From an uncultured Alphaproteobacteria bacterium (GTDB lineage: Bacteria; Pseudomonadota; Alphaproteobacteria; RF32; CAG-239): a stretch of DNA of 64,000 nucleotides. The translations under genes were made by a program, and so were the position numbers. Shown piece after piece: positions 25,524 through 35,910 of the stretch (its first letter is position 1; each line of letters begins with the position of its first letter). The notes beneath the pieces are model-generated. The model searched no databases. It saw only the letters and a list, made by a program, of their open reading frames with translations, and was not told the DNA's origin. The DNA is taken from positions 18,707-82,706 of the forward strand of contig CALXRS010000002.1 in NCBI GenBank assembly GCA_944390915.1, in the 5' to 3' direction.

Positions 25524-27710
25524 ATGGGGATACAAAAACGAGGAGAAGAATGGGAAGAATATGACCACGCCGTGCAATGGATGTCGCTTACCGTCATCAT
25601 TACGCTGCTGGTTACGATTTTTCTGGCCGTCATCGCCATGCCGCTCGGCTATATCATCGGCAACGGCATTTCCAAAGAATCGATGGATAACGTCGGCAAA
25701 TTCATGGGGATGATTTTTAACGACCCGTCTTATCTGTTTTCGCGTTACTGGAACTGGATGCGCCAAATCGGCAACTATCACGGACAGTTCAGCTTTTCGC
25801 TGTGGCTGCCGGTGTTGCCTCTTATTTCTCTGCCGCTCGGTCTGATTATCGGAGCGGTTACCAACCCGTACCGTTTTCAATCCAACATTCACGGTTCCGG
25901 CCGCATCGCCACCTTAAAAGACATCAAAGCCATGAAGCTTCTGGATGGTTTTTGCATGGTTATCGGCAAATTCAAAGGCTACTACCTCAAGCTGCCGGAA
26001 ACGCTGTCCACCCTGTGCTGCGCTCCTCCGGGTACCGGTAAAACCGCCGGCGTGGTTATTCCGACGATTTTCAACTCCAAAGGCTTAAGCCTCGTGATTA
26101 ACGACCCTAAGCCGGAGCTTTGTTTTAACACCTCCGGCGCACGCGCCAAGGAAGGCCCCGTATTCATCATCAATTGGGGCGCCGAAGACAACCCGGCGGA
26201 AGGTATTTATTACCCGAGCTGGAACCCGCTGTCGCCGACGGCTCTTCCGGCACAGGGGCCGGCTCGCGACATGTATATCGACTCCATGTGCAATATTCTG
26301 GTGGAAGATCCGAAGGGCGGCGCCGATCCGCACTGGTCGCAAACAGGCCGCGCCGCGCTTACGGGCTTTATCCATTTTATTTCTTCAAAATGCGAAAAAG
26401 CCCGCGCCAACGATTATTTTATCGGTCGGGTATACGAAGGCAAACTGGATGACGAAGACAAGCAGGTGCTTGAGGGTTATTATGACGACATCAAACTGCA
26501 CAATCCGGCGGCGGCTCGCGCCATCAACGATTTGCGCAACAATACCCTTACCGTCGAAAATTACGTGCCGATCGGCACCTGGGATCTGCTGCCCGAAAAA
26601 TGGGTCGGCCGCGAAGCCTGCATCGCCATGGTGATGGAATGGCTGACCGAAGCACAAATTAAACAAGGACAGGAAATTAAACGCCGCTTGGCCGAAGGCG
26701 ACCAAATGGCCGCCATGGCCGACCCCATGCGCGATTTGTTGGACGCGGCCGTGGAAGAAGCCCGCAAATACGGCTATTCGCAGCGCGCCTATACGGAGCT
26801 TTCGTCGTTGAGCAACATGCCCGACAAAGAACGCGGTTCGGTGATGTCAACGGCCTTTGCCGGTATCGGCGTGTTCAAAAACTCGGCCGTAGTTTCGCGC
26901 ACCAGTTTTTCGGACTTGCAGTTCAAGGATTTGCGCGGCATCAAAGATCCGATTACCGGAGAATGGAAGCCGATTTCGGTATATCTGTCGATTAACCAGG
27001 TGGATGCGCGAGCCTTGGGCGTTATCAGCGGTATTTTCATCGAACTGATGTCGTCTTATCTCATCTCCAACCCGCCGAATTATGTGAACGCCACCGACGG
27101 CAAAATGGGACCTTTTCCCGCTCTGTTTGTTCTGGACGAATTTCCGCAGATGCCCAAACTGAAAGCGGTTATCGACGGTCCGGCCGTCGGCCGCGGACAA
27201 AAAGTTTCGTATCTGCTGATCGGACAAGACCTGGGACAAATTTCCGGCAAATACGGCAAAGACGACCTGGAAACGGTGATATCGACCACCGCCTGCAAAA
27301 TTATCTTGTCGCAAAACAACGAAGTAACGGCGCAGCGTTTTTCCAAAATGATAGGCAACAAGACGGTGCAGACGTCTTCTTACTCCAGACAGGAAGGCTT
27401 TACCAAACAGGCCAACCCGTTTGCCAAAAACGTGAACTACCAACTGCAGGGCGTATCGGTGATTACCTCTTCCCAACTGCTGAGCTTGCCCATGCTCAAA
27501 CAGGTTGTTCTCTTCCAAAGCTATATCGACCGACCGATTTTGGCCGATTCGCCGCGGTGGTATCTGGATCCGAAGATGCGGGCTTTGGCCAAACTGCCGA
27601 CCGCACCCAATGTTCCGGAATGGATTGTGGCTCAACGCGAGGACATCAACGACAATATGTTGGAAAAGTTGGGTTTAACCGACGAAGAAGGCGCCGAAGG
27701 AACGGCCTGA
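25524..27710 (+). CDS. Type IV secretion coupling protein (VirD4/TraG-family ATPase)
   Basis: Two N-terminal TM helices, then IHGSGRIATLKDI. Walker A in LCCAPPGTGKTAGVVIPT, followed by LVINDPKPEL, DPHWSQTGRAALTGFI, Walker B in ALFVLDEFPQMPKL, and GRGQKVSYLLIGQDLGQISGKYG. This motif order matches my memory of TraG/VirD4 proteins. RBS GAGGAAAG precedes the start. Confidence 0.85.
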   Translation: MGIQKRGEEWEEYDHAVQWMSLTVIITLLVTIFLAVIAMPLGYIIGNGISKESMDNVGKFMGMIFNDPSYLFSRYWNWMRQIGNYHGQFSFSLWLPVLPLISLPLGLIIGAVTNPYRFQSNIHGSGRIATLKDIKAMKLLDGFCMVIGKFKGYYLKLPETLSTLCCAPPGTGKTAGVVIPTIFNSKGLSLVINDPKPELCFNTSGARAKEGPVFIINWGAEDNPAEGIYYPSWNPLSPTALPAQGPARDMYIDSMCNILVEDPKGGADPHWSQTGRAALTGFIHFISSKCEKARANDYFIGRVYEGKLDDEDKQVLEGYYDDIKLHNPAAARAINDLRNNTLTVENYVPIGTWDLLPEKWVGREACIAMVMEWLTEAQIKQGQEIKRRLAEGDQMAAMADPMRDLLDAAVEEARKYGYSQRAYTELSSLSNMPDKERGSVMSTAFAGIGVFKNSAVVSRTSFSDLQFKDLRGIKDPITGEWKPISVYLSINQVDARALGVISGIFIELMSSYLISNPPNYVNATDGKMGPFPALFVLDEFPQMPKLKAVIDGPAVGRGQKVSYLLIGQDLGQISGKYGKDDLETVISTTACKIILSQNNEVTAQRFSKMIGNKTVQTSSYSRQEGFTKQANPFAKNVNYQLQGVSVITSSQLLSLPMLKQVVLFQSYIDRPILADSPRWYLDPKMRALAKLPTAPNVPEWIVAQREDINDNMLEKLGLTDEEGAEGTA

Positions 27711-27717
27711 AAATCCC

Positions 27718-27746
27718 AAAGCCCCGAAAAATCGGGGCTTTGTTTT
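27718..27746. terminator. Rho-independent terminator (between the convergent coupling-protein and arsR-like genes)
   Basis: aaagccccga-aaaa-tcggggcttt-gtttt. Confidence 0.65.
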
Positions 27747-27754
27747 GCCGAAAA

Positions 27755-28033
27755 TTATTTGTAAGCCCCCGCCAACATTTGCAACAGCCAAATTGCTTCC
27801 CTGCTTTTGATTGAATACAAGACCGTCTGCGCCTGTCGTCTGGTTTTAACCAAACCGGCGGCACGCAAAACGGCAAGATGCTGAGACAGCGCAGACTGGC
27901 TAAGACCGACAATTTTTTCCAGTTCCCCGACCTTTTTTTCGCCGTTTAACAAAACGTACATTATCTTCAGGCGCTTGAGATTTCCCATTGCCTTGAGAAG
28001 CTTATATCCCTGAACGACGATTCGGTTTTCCAT
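27755..28033 (-). CDS. ArsR/SmtB-family transcriptional regulator
   Basis: Winged helix-turn-helix: LKAMGNLKRLKIMYVLLNGEKKVGELEKIVGLSQSALSQHLAVLRAAGLV. Confidence 0.85.
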   Translation of the reverse strand: MENRIVVQGYKLLKAMGNLKRLKIMYVLLNGEKKVGELEKIVGLSQSALSQHLAVLRAAGLVKTRRQAQTVLYSIKSREAIWLLQMLAGAYK

Positions 28034-28147
28034 TTATTTTATTCTCCCGACATCAACCAAATTGCAAAAACATGGAATGTATTTAGTATTGAAATTTGCG
28101 AATTAAACTAATAATATTGTTTATCATTAATATGACGGAGAAATAAT

Positions 28148-28393
28148 ATGGCCGCAGAAGAAAAGGACGAGCCCTGTTTTGAAGAGGCGCTTGCCCGTTT
28201 GGAAAACATCGTCCGTGAGTTGGAAGCGGGAAAGATAAAACTTGACGATGCCGTTTGTGCATACGAAGAAGCCGTACGCCTGAGAAACATTTGCGAGAAA
28301 AAACTGGCCGCGGCAAAACTGAAAATCGAAAAAACGGAAATTGCCGCCGACGGCAGTATAACTTTGGTTCCGCTGGACAACAATCATGAATGA
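28148..28393 (+). CDS. xseB: Exodeoxyribonuclease VII small subunit
   Basis: FEEALARLENIVRELEAGKIKLDDAVCAYEEAVRL is the typical XseB helix pattern, at 81 aa. Confidence 0.9.
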   Translation: MAAEEKDEPCFEEALARLENIVRELEAGKIKLDDAVCAYEEAVRLRNICEKKLAAAKLKIEKTEIAADGSITLVPLDNNHE

Positions 28394-29291
28394 AACCATT
28401 AAAGACATCTTAAAAAACTACGCCACCCGTTTCAATCAGGAAATAGAGCGTTTTTTTCCCTTTCCGGAGGGTAACGAAAAACGCGTAACCCAGGCCATGC
28501 ACTATTCGCTTACCCGCGGCGGCAAACGCTTGCGCCCTTTTCTGGTAAACGAAACGGCCGGACTTTTCGGATTGGACTTTGAGGCCACCATCAACACCGC
28601 CATGGCTTTGGAGATGCTGCACACCTATTCGCTCATTCACGACGACCTGCCGGCCATGGACAACGACGACCTGCGCCGCGGCTTTCCCACCTGCCATAAA
28701 CAATTTGACGAAGCGACGGCCATCATTGCCGGCGACGGCCTTTTGACTTATGCGTTTGAAATCATGAGTCGCCCGTCAACCGCAGCCGACGCCGCCGTCC
28801 GCTGCTACTTAATCGAAATGTTGGCCAACGCCGCCGGCGCCTTTTCGGGAATGGTGGCCGGACAAATGCTCGACTTAATCGGCGCTACCTACAGCATGAG
28901 CCGCGATGATAAGGAAGACACCATAAAACATATCGAAGAAATGAAAACCGGCCGCTTGCTGCGATATGCGGTTGAAGCCGGCGCCGTACTCGGCAAGGCA
29001 AACGAAAACGAACTGAAAGCCCTGCTAAGTTATTCGCGGCGGATAGGCATTGCTTTTCAAATTGCCGATGACATCCTTGACGTTACCGGCGACGAACGAA
29101 CAATGGGTAAAACGCTGCACAAAGACGAAGAACAAAACAAAATAACTTTCGTCGGCCTCTACGGGCTGGATACGGCAAAACAAATTGCCCGCGAACTGAC
29201 GGATGCCGCCCGCGAAGACATATCCTTTTTCGGCAATCGCGCCAAAAACCTGCAAGATCTTGCAACCTACATTATTGACAGGAACCACTGA
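28386..29291 (+). CDS. ispA: Farnesyl/geranyl diphosphate synthase (polyprenyl synthetase)
   Basis: First and second Asp-rich motifs, LIHDDLPAMDNDDLRRG and FQIADDILD. Overlaps xseB by 8 nt. Confidence 0.9.
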   Translation: MNETIKDILKNYATRFNQEIERFFPFPEGNEKRVTQAMHYSLTRGGKRLRPFLVNETAGLFGLDFEATINTAMALEMLHTYSLIHDDLPAMDNDDLRRGFPTCHKQFDEATAIIAGDGLLTYAFEIMSRPSTAADAAVRCYLIEMLANAAGAFSGMVAGQMLDLIGATYSMSRDDKEDTIKHIEEMKTGRLLRYAVEAGAVLGKANENELKALLSYSRRIGIAFQIADDILDVTGDERTMGKTLHKDEEQNKITFVGLYGLDTAKQIARELTDAAREDISFFGNRAKNLQDLATYIIDRNH

Positions 29292-29305
29292 AAGGAAGGA
29301 AAAAA

Positions 29306-30205
29306 ATGAAAAAAATCATAACTTTTGCCGCTGTCTTTGCTTTTCTTTTTTCCTCCTGGCCGGAGATTGCTTCCGCACAAGTGGAATTTGAAAAAGTCAA
29401 AAGCCGCACGGAAGAAAAACTGAAAGTAACCGGTTTTTTTGATTACTATCCGTTTGGGCGTTTTGAAAAAAGCACCTATTACGGCGTTTTCAAACCATTT
29501 ATTTCGGAATTTGCCGATGAAGGCAGATATAACCTTGACTGGCTTCCCATCAGCATGAGCTACGAAGACACCATCCGCGAAACGGCCAAAAAAGCCGAAG
29601 CCGACGTCGTTCTCGGAATGTATGCGGAAACAAGCCTTTACGCCGATCTTAAATTTATTTATCCGGCGGCCATCGACAACCCGGTGCATCTGGTTATGCT
29701 GCCTGCCAAAATCGGCAAAGTGCGCACAACGGGCGACTTGCAACAACTGAAAGGCGCCGTCCATGCCAAAGAGCGCTTCAGCGATTTTGTGAATGACAGA
29801 CTGGACGAGCTGAAGGTTGAGCGCGTTGACAATTCCTACGACCTCTACGGCAAACTCATTCGCGGAGAAATTGACTATGTTTTGACAGGCATCTATTTCG
29901 GCACCATCGAAACAGCCAAACTCGGGCTGCGCGAACAGTTGAGCTTTTCCAAACAAAGCCTGTGGAACATGCCCGTTTTTATCGGTATTTCAAAATCTTC
30001 GTATCATCGGGAATATCTGTCGCACACCCTGAGCAAATCACTCGGCAGACCCGAAACCCGCGAACAAATAAAAGCAGAGATGACAAAACTGGTCAACGAT
30101 GTTCTGCGGCAATATGCCGGCACCGTGCCGCCGACCTATCTGTTGACATCGGAAAACACCCCGCAGGCAGCGCCGAACACCCTCAAAGAAAAGTTGCCAC
30201 GGTAA
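29306..30205 (+). CDS. Periplasmic solute-binding-protein-like protein (family 3-like), orphan
   Basis: Signal peptide MKKIITFAAVFAFLFSSWPEIASA. Size and pattern fit a transporter substrate-binding domain. No permease or ATPase gene is adjacent. The family call is weak. Confidence 0.5.
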   Translation: MKKIITFAAVFAFLFSSWPEIASAQVEFEKVKSRTEEKLKVTGFFDYYPFGRFEKSTYYGVFKPFISEFADEGRYNLDWLPISMSYEDTIRETAKKAEADVVLGMYAETSLYADLKFIYPAAIDNPVHLVMLPAKIGKVRTTGDLQQLKGAVHAKERFSDFVNDRLDELKVERVDNSYDLYGKLIRGEIDYVLTGIYFGTIETAKLGLREQLSFSKQSLWNMPVFIGISKSSYHREYLSHTLSKSLGRPETREQIKAEMTKLVNDVLRQYAGTVPPTYLLTSENTPQAAPNTLKEKLPR

Positions 30206-30208
30206 GAC

Positions 30209-30237
30209 TTGACCGAACGAAAACAAGTTGGTAAATT
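30209..30237 (+). promoter_or_regulatory. Candidate sigma-70-like promoter
   Basis: TTGACC (30209-30214), 17-nt spacer, TAAATT (30232-30237), about 30 nt upstream of the GST-like gene. Confidence 0.35.
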
Positions 30238-30268
30238 ATAAAAAAAATTTCGGGCGAGGTGAAAGCAC

Positions 30269-30934
30269 ATGGTTCTTCTGATACATCATCCGGTCTCCGC
30301 GGCATCGCGAAAAATCCGCCTGCTGATGGCGGAAAAACATATGTTGTTTGTTCTCAAAGAAGAAGAACCGTGGAATTTGTCGCCGCAGCTATACAAACTG
30401 AACGCCGCGGGCGAATTGCCTGTTTTTGTTTTTGACGGCAACGTCATTGCCGGCAGCTACGCCATCAGCGAATTTTTGGAAGAAGTCAGCCCCGACAATC
30501 GGCTGATTTCCGGCGACGCCAAACAAAAAGCGGAGATTCGCCGGCTCACCGAATGGTTTGACCTGAAATTCACCAAAGACGTCAGCCGCATTTTGATAAA
30601 CGAAAAAGTATATAAAAGATTCGCCAAAAAAGAAGAGCCCGATTCTCACAAGCTCAAAACGGCCTTTAATAATCTGAATTTTCATATGGAATATATCGAC
30701 TGGCTCAGCGAATCTCGCAACTATCTGGCGGGAGATGTCTTTTCGCTGGCCGACATCAGCGCGGCCGCCGCGCTCTCCGTTATCGATTATTTGGGCGACG
30801 TTCCCTGGGAAGGCTATAAAAATGCAAAATTGTGGTATTCCAAAATCAAATCGCGCCCGAGCTTTAAGGATATCCTTAAAGATAACATTAAGGGCATTCT
30901 CCCCTCCAAACATTATGCAAATCTGGATTTTTGA
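30269..30934 (+). CDS. Glutathione S-transferase family protein
   Basis: Thioredoxin-like N-domain (..NAAGELPVFVFDGNVIAGSYAISEFLEE) and a helical C-domain (FSLADISAAAALS). Confidence 0.75.
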   Translation: MVLLIHHPVSAASRKIRLLMAEKHMLFVLKEEEPWNLSPQLYKLNAAGELPVFVFDGNVIAGSYAISEFLEEVSPDNRLISGDAKQKAEIRRLTEWFDLKFTKDVSRILINEKVYKRFAKKEEPDSHKLKTAFNNLNFHMEYIDWLSESRNYLAGDVFSLADISAAAALSVIDYLGDVPWEGYKNAKLWYSKIKSRPSFKDILKDNIKGILPSKHYANLDF

Positions 30935-30936
30935 AC

Positions 30937-31371
30937 ATGAAAAAAACAATATTTTCCTTAACCGTACTTTTTCTTCTTTCCGCTTGCTTTTCCGGCAAAG
31001 GTCAGCTGGTTTATCACTGGGAGCGCCACAACACCGGCATTGAAAAATTTGTCCGCGATCATAACAATTGCATGCGCGAGGCGGAAGCCTTCAGCCTGAT
31101 GCCGCGTATGCGCACAATGTGGCACTCGATGTTTTATACCGAAGAGCAAAAAGTGGCCACCCGCGCCGACTGGAACGCCGATGAGGGTATTTGGGCAACC
31201 TATGTTCCCTACCCCGGCGCACAACCGCTGATTATCAACTATTTGCGCGACGACGCCAACGTTGATCCGAGCGACTACAGCAAATGTATGTATAAAAAAG
31301 GCTACACCATTCGCTCTTACGAAATTCCCGCCATTACCAACATCCGTCTTTACGGACAGCCGGAATTGTAA
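30937..31371 (+). CDS. Lipoprotein (144 aa)
   Basis: ATG at 30937. Lipobox LLSA|C in MKKTIFSLTVLFLLSACFSGK. Confidence 0.6.
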   Translation: MKKTIFSLTVLFLLSACFSGKGQLVYHWERHNTGIEKFVRDHNNCMREAEAFSLMPRMRTMWHSMFYTEEQKVATRADWNADEGIWATYVPYPGAQPLIINYLRDDANVDPSDYSKCMYKKGYTIRSYEIPAITNIRLYGQPEL

Positions 31372-31373
31372 TA

Positions 31374-32768
31374 TCACCGCCCGCCGCCGACGGCTTTGTA
31401 AAAACTGACAATATTGCCGTAAACGCTACCGACGGAAGCAGCAAGAGCATTTTGCGCATTCAGCAGATTCTGCTCGGCCGAAAGCAAATCGCCGAACTCC
31501 GTCAATCCGTTCCGATATTTGTCGCGCATGACGGAAAGAACTTTTTGCATATTGTCCGCCGAGCGGGCAAGCCGGCGGCTGCGTTCGTATTCCTTACGCA
31601 CGGCGATAACGGCATTTTTGATTTCTTCCGCCGCCGTCAGCAGAGTGTTTTGATAAACAACGATATATTCTTCCTTAACTTCGCGGCTTAAGGCAACCTG
31701 ATTGCGCAATCTGTCAAAGTTAAACAGCGGCACCGATATTGTCGGTGCAAAACCGTATGCCGCGGCGGAGGATGCGCCGAAAGAAGAAAGATTTCCGGCC
31801 TGCCAACCGAGCAAAGCGCTTAGACTGACCGAAGGGAACAACTTGGCCACGGCCTGCCCGACGGCGGCATTTTTGGCAATCAGGTTATTTTCGGCCATCC
31901 GCACATCGGGTCGACAACGCACGACGGACAGCGGAAAATCATATAAATTTTCAACTCTGAATGCCAACGGGCGACGAATGAGATTTGGGGCGTTTTTTTC
32001 CAGCCCGTCTATGTTTCCCGGCAATTTTCCGAGCAAAACGGCCAAAGCGTTTTTATAATTTTCTTCCCGTTGCTCCAATTCGGGAATTTGCGCGGCGGTG
32101 GTTTCCACGGCATAGGCAGCCTGCGCCAGCGCGGCGCTGTCTGCCAGACCGCTGTCGTACTTATCTTGCACCGTCTGGCGGATATCTTTTTGCAGACGCA
32201 GATTTTCCGCGGTAATCCGCAATTGTTCCTGCACCGTACGCAGAGCCAGATAGTCGGCGGCTGCTTCCGCCGCCATCGCCAACCTGACATCGGCCAGATT
32301 GTCCGCCGCGGCTTTTGCCAGAGCGGAAGCCTCCTCCCGCAGACGTCGGCCGCCGCCCCAAATGTCGATTTCCCAAGAAGCGTCGAGCCCTGCTTTATAA
32401 AAATCTTCCTTAGCCTGCGAAAAACGTCCTTCTTCCGCCAGATAATTATATTGATATCCGCCGGCGGCCGTAAATTCGGGCAAAAATTTCGTTTCGTCGA
32501 TTTGCAGAACATAACGCGCCTGCCGCAACCGATGAAGGGCAATCCGAACGTTCGGGCTGCCGCTTACGGCCTGTTGCACCAAATTATTTAACGTTTCGTC
32601 GTTAAACTGCTCATACCAACGAACCGAGACGGGACGACCGTCCCCTTTTGCCGTCGGCAAAGCGGCGGACAGCTGAGCATCGTCAAAAAACTGAGGCCGC
32701 TCATAATCCGGCCCGACCGTGCAGGAAACGGCCAACAAACAAACCGGCAGCATCAACCGTTTATCCAT
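31374..32768 (-). CDS. RND efflux outer-membrane factor lipoprotein (NodT/OprM family)
   Basis: The ATG at 32768 is preceded by AAGGAGGAAA. Lipobox LAVS|C, then TVGPDYERP. Two-repeat OEP architecture. Overlaps the stop of the RND permease gene by 8 nt. Confidence 0.88.
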   Translation of the reverse strand: MDKRLMLPVCLLAVSCTVGPDYERPQFFDDAQLSAALPTAKGDGRPVSVRWYEQFNDETLNNLVQQAVSGSPNVRIALHRLRQARYVLQIDETKFLPEFTAAGGYQYNYLAEEGRFSQAKEDFYKAGLDASWEIDIWGGGRRLREEASALAKAAADNLADVRLAMAAEAAADYLALRTVQEQLRITAENLRLQKDIRQTVQDKYDSGLADSAALAQAAYAVETTAAQIPELEQREENYKNALAVLLGKLPGNIDGLEKNAPNLIRRPLAFRVENLYDFPLSVVRCRPDVRMAENNLIAKNAAVGQAVAKLFPSVSLSALLGWQAGNLSSFGASSAAAYGFAPTISVPLFNFDRLRNQVALSREVKEEYIVVYQNTLLTAAEEIKNAVIAVRKEYERSRRLARSADNMQKVLSVMRDKYRNGLTEFGDLLSAEQNLLNAQNALAASVGSVYGNIVSFYKAVGGGR

Positions 32769-35700
32769 TTTTTCCTCCTTCGTCAGCGTTTGCGGATCTG
32801 CGGCGCCGACCGGCATATTCCTTGATTGTTTCAAACATGGCAAAATAAGCAGGAATAAAAATTATGCCGACAAAAGTGGCGGCAAGCATACCGAAAAACA
32901 CCGGCGTACCGATGGCGATCTGGCTTGCGGCTCCCGCGCCTTTGGCGACAATCATCGGAAACACGCCGAGAATAAAGGTCAGCGCCGTCATCAGCACCGC
33001 GCGAAAGCGTTCGCCCGCCCCTTTTAACGAAGCCTCAAGAACGGTATCGCCTTTTTCTCTATAATCTTTCGTAAATTCAACAATCAAAATGGCGTTTTTG
33101 GCAGCAAGCCCTATCAACATAACCAACCCGAGCTGGGCGTAGATGCTGAGCGGATGATTCATAATCTGCAGCCCGCCGAGGGCACCGAGAATGGCAAAAA
33201 GAGTCGAAAACATAACCGCAAAAGCAAGCATCCAGCTCTCATATAAAGCCACCAAAAACAAATAACAAAACACCATGGCCAGCAAAATCAGAAAACCGAC
33301 CAGCCCGGCGGCCTCCACTTCCTGCAGGCTCAAACCCGTCCAGGCAATCCGATAGTCGGCCGGCGCCAGCAGTTCGGCGGCATTTTTTTCCACGGCGGCA
33401 ATGGCCGTGCCGGTGCTGACGTTTTCGGCGGCCGAAGCCGTAACCGAGGCATCGGTATATTGATTGTAACGATTGATTATTTTCGGTTGCATCACAATCT
33501 GCACATCGGCAAAACTGTCTATCTTTATCATTTGCCCGTTGTCTGAGCGCACATACATATTTTTGACGTCTTCTATTTTATCCCGATAGGCGGAATCCGC
33601 CTGAACAATGACTTTATTTACCTGTCCGTCCAAAGTAATGTTGTTGACATAGCGCGAACCGAGATTGTTTTGCAATGTTTCGAACAAAGCGGCCGGACTG
33701 ATACGGTAGCTTTCCAGCTTGGTGCGGTCAATGTTAAGAAAAATATGCGGCGCATCCGCCGAATCCACGCTAAAAGCGTAAGCCAGCGCCGGATCGCCAT
33801 TGAGCTTTTGCAAAAATCGTTGCAACTGCGCAAACATTTCTGCGGAAGAAAGATTTTTGTCAATTGCCAAAAACTCAAACGACAACCCGCTGCTGTTGCC
33901 GATTCCGGGAATGGCCGGCGGCGCAAAATAATTAATATCCGCCGCCTCCATATCGGCGGTGGCCTCCCGCAAACGAGCCGTCAACGCCCCGATTGATAAC
34001 GACGGAGCCGTTCTTTTGTCCCACGGCTCAAGCCCTATCACTCCCATGGCCACGTTTTCGCCGGCGCCGCCCAGCAAACTGTATCCGGCCACACTGATAA
34101 AATAGCTGACGCCGTCAATTTTCATGGCACGAGCGGCAACTTCTTTCAAAACTTTGTCGGTTTGATCGATACCCGATGTATCCGCAAGCTGCAGATCGGC
34201 AAAAATAATTCCCTGATCTTCTTCGGGCAAAAAAGACGTGGGCGTCAGCCTGAAACCGACAACCATCAAACCGATAACCGCGGCCGTAACCGCAGCGGTC
34301 AAAAGCGGACGGGAGACAAAGGGACGGACGACATCAAGATACGTATTTTTCAAACCTTCGATAAATTTGTTGAACCGGTCGAAAAAACCGCGGGCGGAAT
34401 TATTTTCGTCACCGATAAGAAAAATAGAACACAATGACGGACTAAGCGTTAAGGCATTAAAGGCCGAAAAAACAATCGCCGTGGCTATGGTAACGGCAAA
34501 CTGCTGATAAATTTTGCCGGTAATTCCCGCCATCAGGCCGACCGGCACAAAAATGGAAAGCAAAACAAAGGTTGTGGCAATAATGGCGCTTCCTATCTGG
34601 CGCATGGCTTTTATCGACGCCGAACGGGAATCCATATTTTCGTAAGTCATCAAATACTGCACGCGCTCCACGACGATAATGGCGTCATCCACCACCAGCC
34701 CGATAGCCAAAATCATGGCAAACAAAGTCAGAATATTAATGTCAAAACCCAACAGATAGATAACGGCAAAAGTGGCAACCAGCGATACCGGAATGGTAAT
34801 CAGCGGAATAAGCGTGGTTTTGGCTTTTTGCAAAAAGACATAGGTGACGAACACGACAAGCGAAAAGGTAATTACCAATGTATCGACAATGCCGGCAATG
34901 GACGAACGAACATAAAGGGTAGAATCATACGCGATTTTCAGCTCCATATCATCGGCAAAAGTCTTTTGCAGCTCGGTCACGGTCTTGGCCACATCGTCCA
35001 TAATATTCAACGAATTTGACCCCGGCGTCTGGCTCAAAGACATAATAACCGCCGGCGCGTTGTCATATTCGGCATTCATGGTATACGTATCGGCGCCGAG
35101 CTCCACTCTGGCCACGTCCCGCAAACGGACAATACCGCCGTTCGGCGAAACGGCAACCACGATATCCTCAAAATCATCCACCGTATTTAACAGGCCTTTG
35201 GCCGTGAGCGACAGCAGCATATTGCTGCCGGCCGCGGCGGGAGCGGTGCCGATGCCGCCGACGGAAGCCTGTGTGTTTTGGCTTTCGATACGCTGAACAA
35301 CGTCTGCGGCGGTTAGGTTGAGAGAAGCAAGTTTTTCCGGATTAAGCCAAACGCGCATACTGTACTGAGGGCCGAAAATCTGCACCGCGCCGATACCGTT
35401 AACGCGCGACAGGGGATTTTTCAAATTAGCATAGGCATAGTTGCTCAAATACAGATCGTCATAAGTATTTTCGGGCGAGCGCAACACCAACAGCGCCAAC
35501 ATATCCGACATTTGCGTCGTTACCTCCAACCCTTGCTGCTGCACGATTTGCGGCAACTGCGACATAACCTGATTCAAGCGATTTTGCACTTTCACCTGGG
35601 CAATGTCGGGATCGGTGCCGACATTAAAGGTGATTGTCAGCTTATAACTGCCGTCGTCGTTGGCGGTTGAAGTCATATAAAGCATGTTTTCCACACCGTT

Positions 35701-35910
35701 GATCTGGTTTTCGATCGGCACGGCCACGGTATCCGTCACAACCTGCGCTCCGGCGCCGGGATAAGAGGTGCTGACCACAATCTGCGGCGGGGTGATCTCC
35801 GGATATTGGGAAACGGGCAAAACGACAATGGCCAACGCGCCGAGCAGAACCATCACGATGGAAACAACGCCGGCAAAACGCGGACGATCGATAAAATATT
35901 CCGAAAACAT
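32761..35910 (-). CDS. RND multidrug efflux permease (AcrB/MexB family)
   Basis: 1049 aa with 12-TM architecture. N-terminus [28 protein letters not shown]. Typical ...DDAIIVVE... motif. Confidence 0.95.
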   Translation of the reverse strand: MFSEYFIDRPRFAGVVSIVMVLLGALAIVVLPVSQYPEITPPQIVVSTSYPGAGAQVVTDTVAVPIENQINGVENMLYMTSTANDDGSYKLTITFNVGTDPDIAQVKVQNRLNQVMSQLPQIVQQQGLEVTTQMSDMLALLVLRSPENTYDDLYLSNYAYANLKNPLSRVNGIGAVQIFGPQYSMRVWLNPEKLASLNLTAADVVQRIESQNTQASVGGIGTAPAAAGSNMLLSLTAKGLLNTVDDFEDIVVAVSPNGGIVRLRDVARVELGADTYTMNAEYDNAPAVIMSLSQTPGSNSLNIMDDVAKTVTELQKTFADDMELKIAYDSTLYVRSSIAGIVDTLVITFSLVVFVTYVFLQKAKTTLIPLITIPVSLVATFAVIYLLGFDINILTLFAMILAIGLVVDDAIIVVERVQYLMTYENMDSRSASIKAMRQIGSAIIATTFVLLSIFVPVGLMAGITGKIYQQFAVTIATAIVFSAFNALTLSPSLCSIFLIGDENNSARGFFDRFNKFIEGLKNTYLDVVRPFVSRPLLTAAVTAAVIGLMVVGFRLTPTSFLPEEDQGIIFADLQLADTSGIDQTDKVLKEVAARAMKIDGVSYFISVAGYSLLGGAGENVAMGVIGLEPWDKRTAPSLSIGALTARLREATADMEAADINYFAPPAIPGIGNSSGLSFEFLAIDKNLSSAEMFAQLQRFLQKLNGDPALAYAFSVDSADAPHIFLNIDRTKLESYRISPAALFETLQNNLGSRYVNNITLDGQVNKVIVQADSAYRDKIEDVKNMYVRSDNGQMIKIDSFADVQIVMQPKIINRYNQYTDASVTASAAENVSTGTAIAAVEKNAAELLAPADYRIAWTGLSLQEVEAAGLVGFLILLAMVFCYLFLVALYESWMLAFAVMFSTLFAILGALGGLQIMNHPLSIYAQLGLVMLIGLAAKNAILIVEFTKDYREKGDTVLEASLKGAGERFRAVLMTALTFILGVFPMIVAKGAGAASQIAIGTPVFFGMLAATFVGIIFIPAYFAMFETIKEYAGRRRRSANADEGGKNG

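Noticed and set aside
20252-27754. Integrative conjugative or mobilisable element
   Set aside because: Only the coupling protein is conjugation-like. I saw no integrase, relaxase, flanking tRNA or direct repeats at the cluster borders. I therefore did not call it a mobile element, although the full genome could change this.
28034-28147. Possible ArsR operator in the arsR-like/xseB divergent region (ttagt...actaa)
   Set aside because: Only a 5-bp inverted match in very AT-rich DNA, which is indistinguishable from chance.
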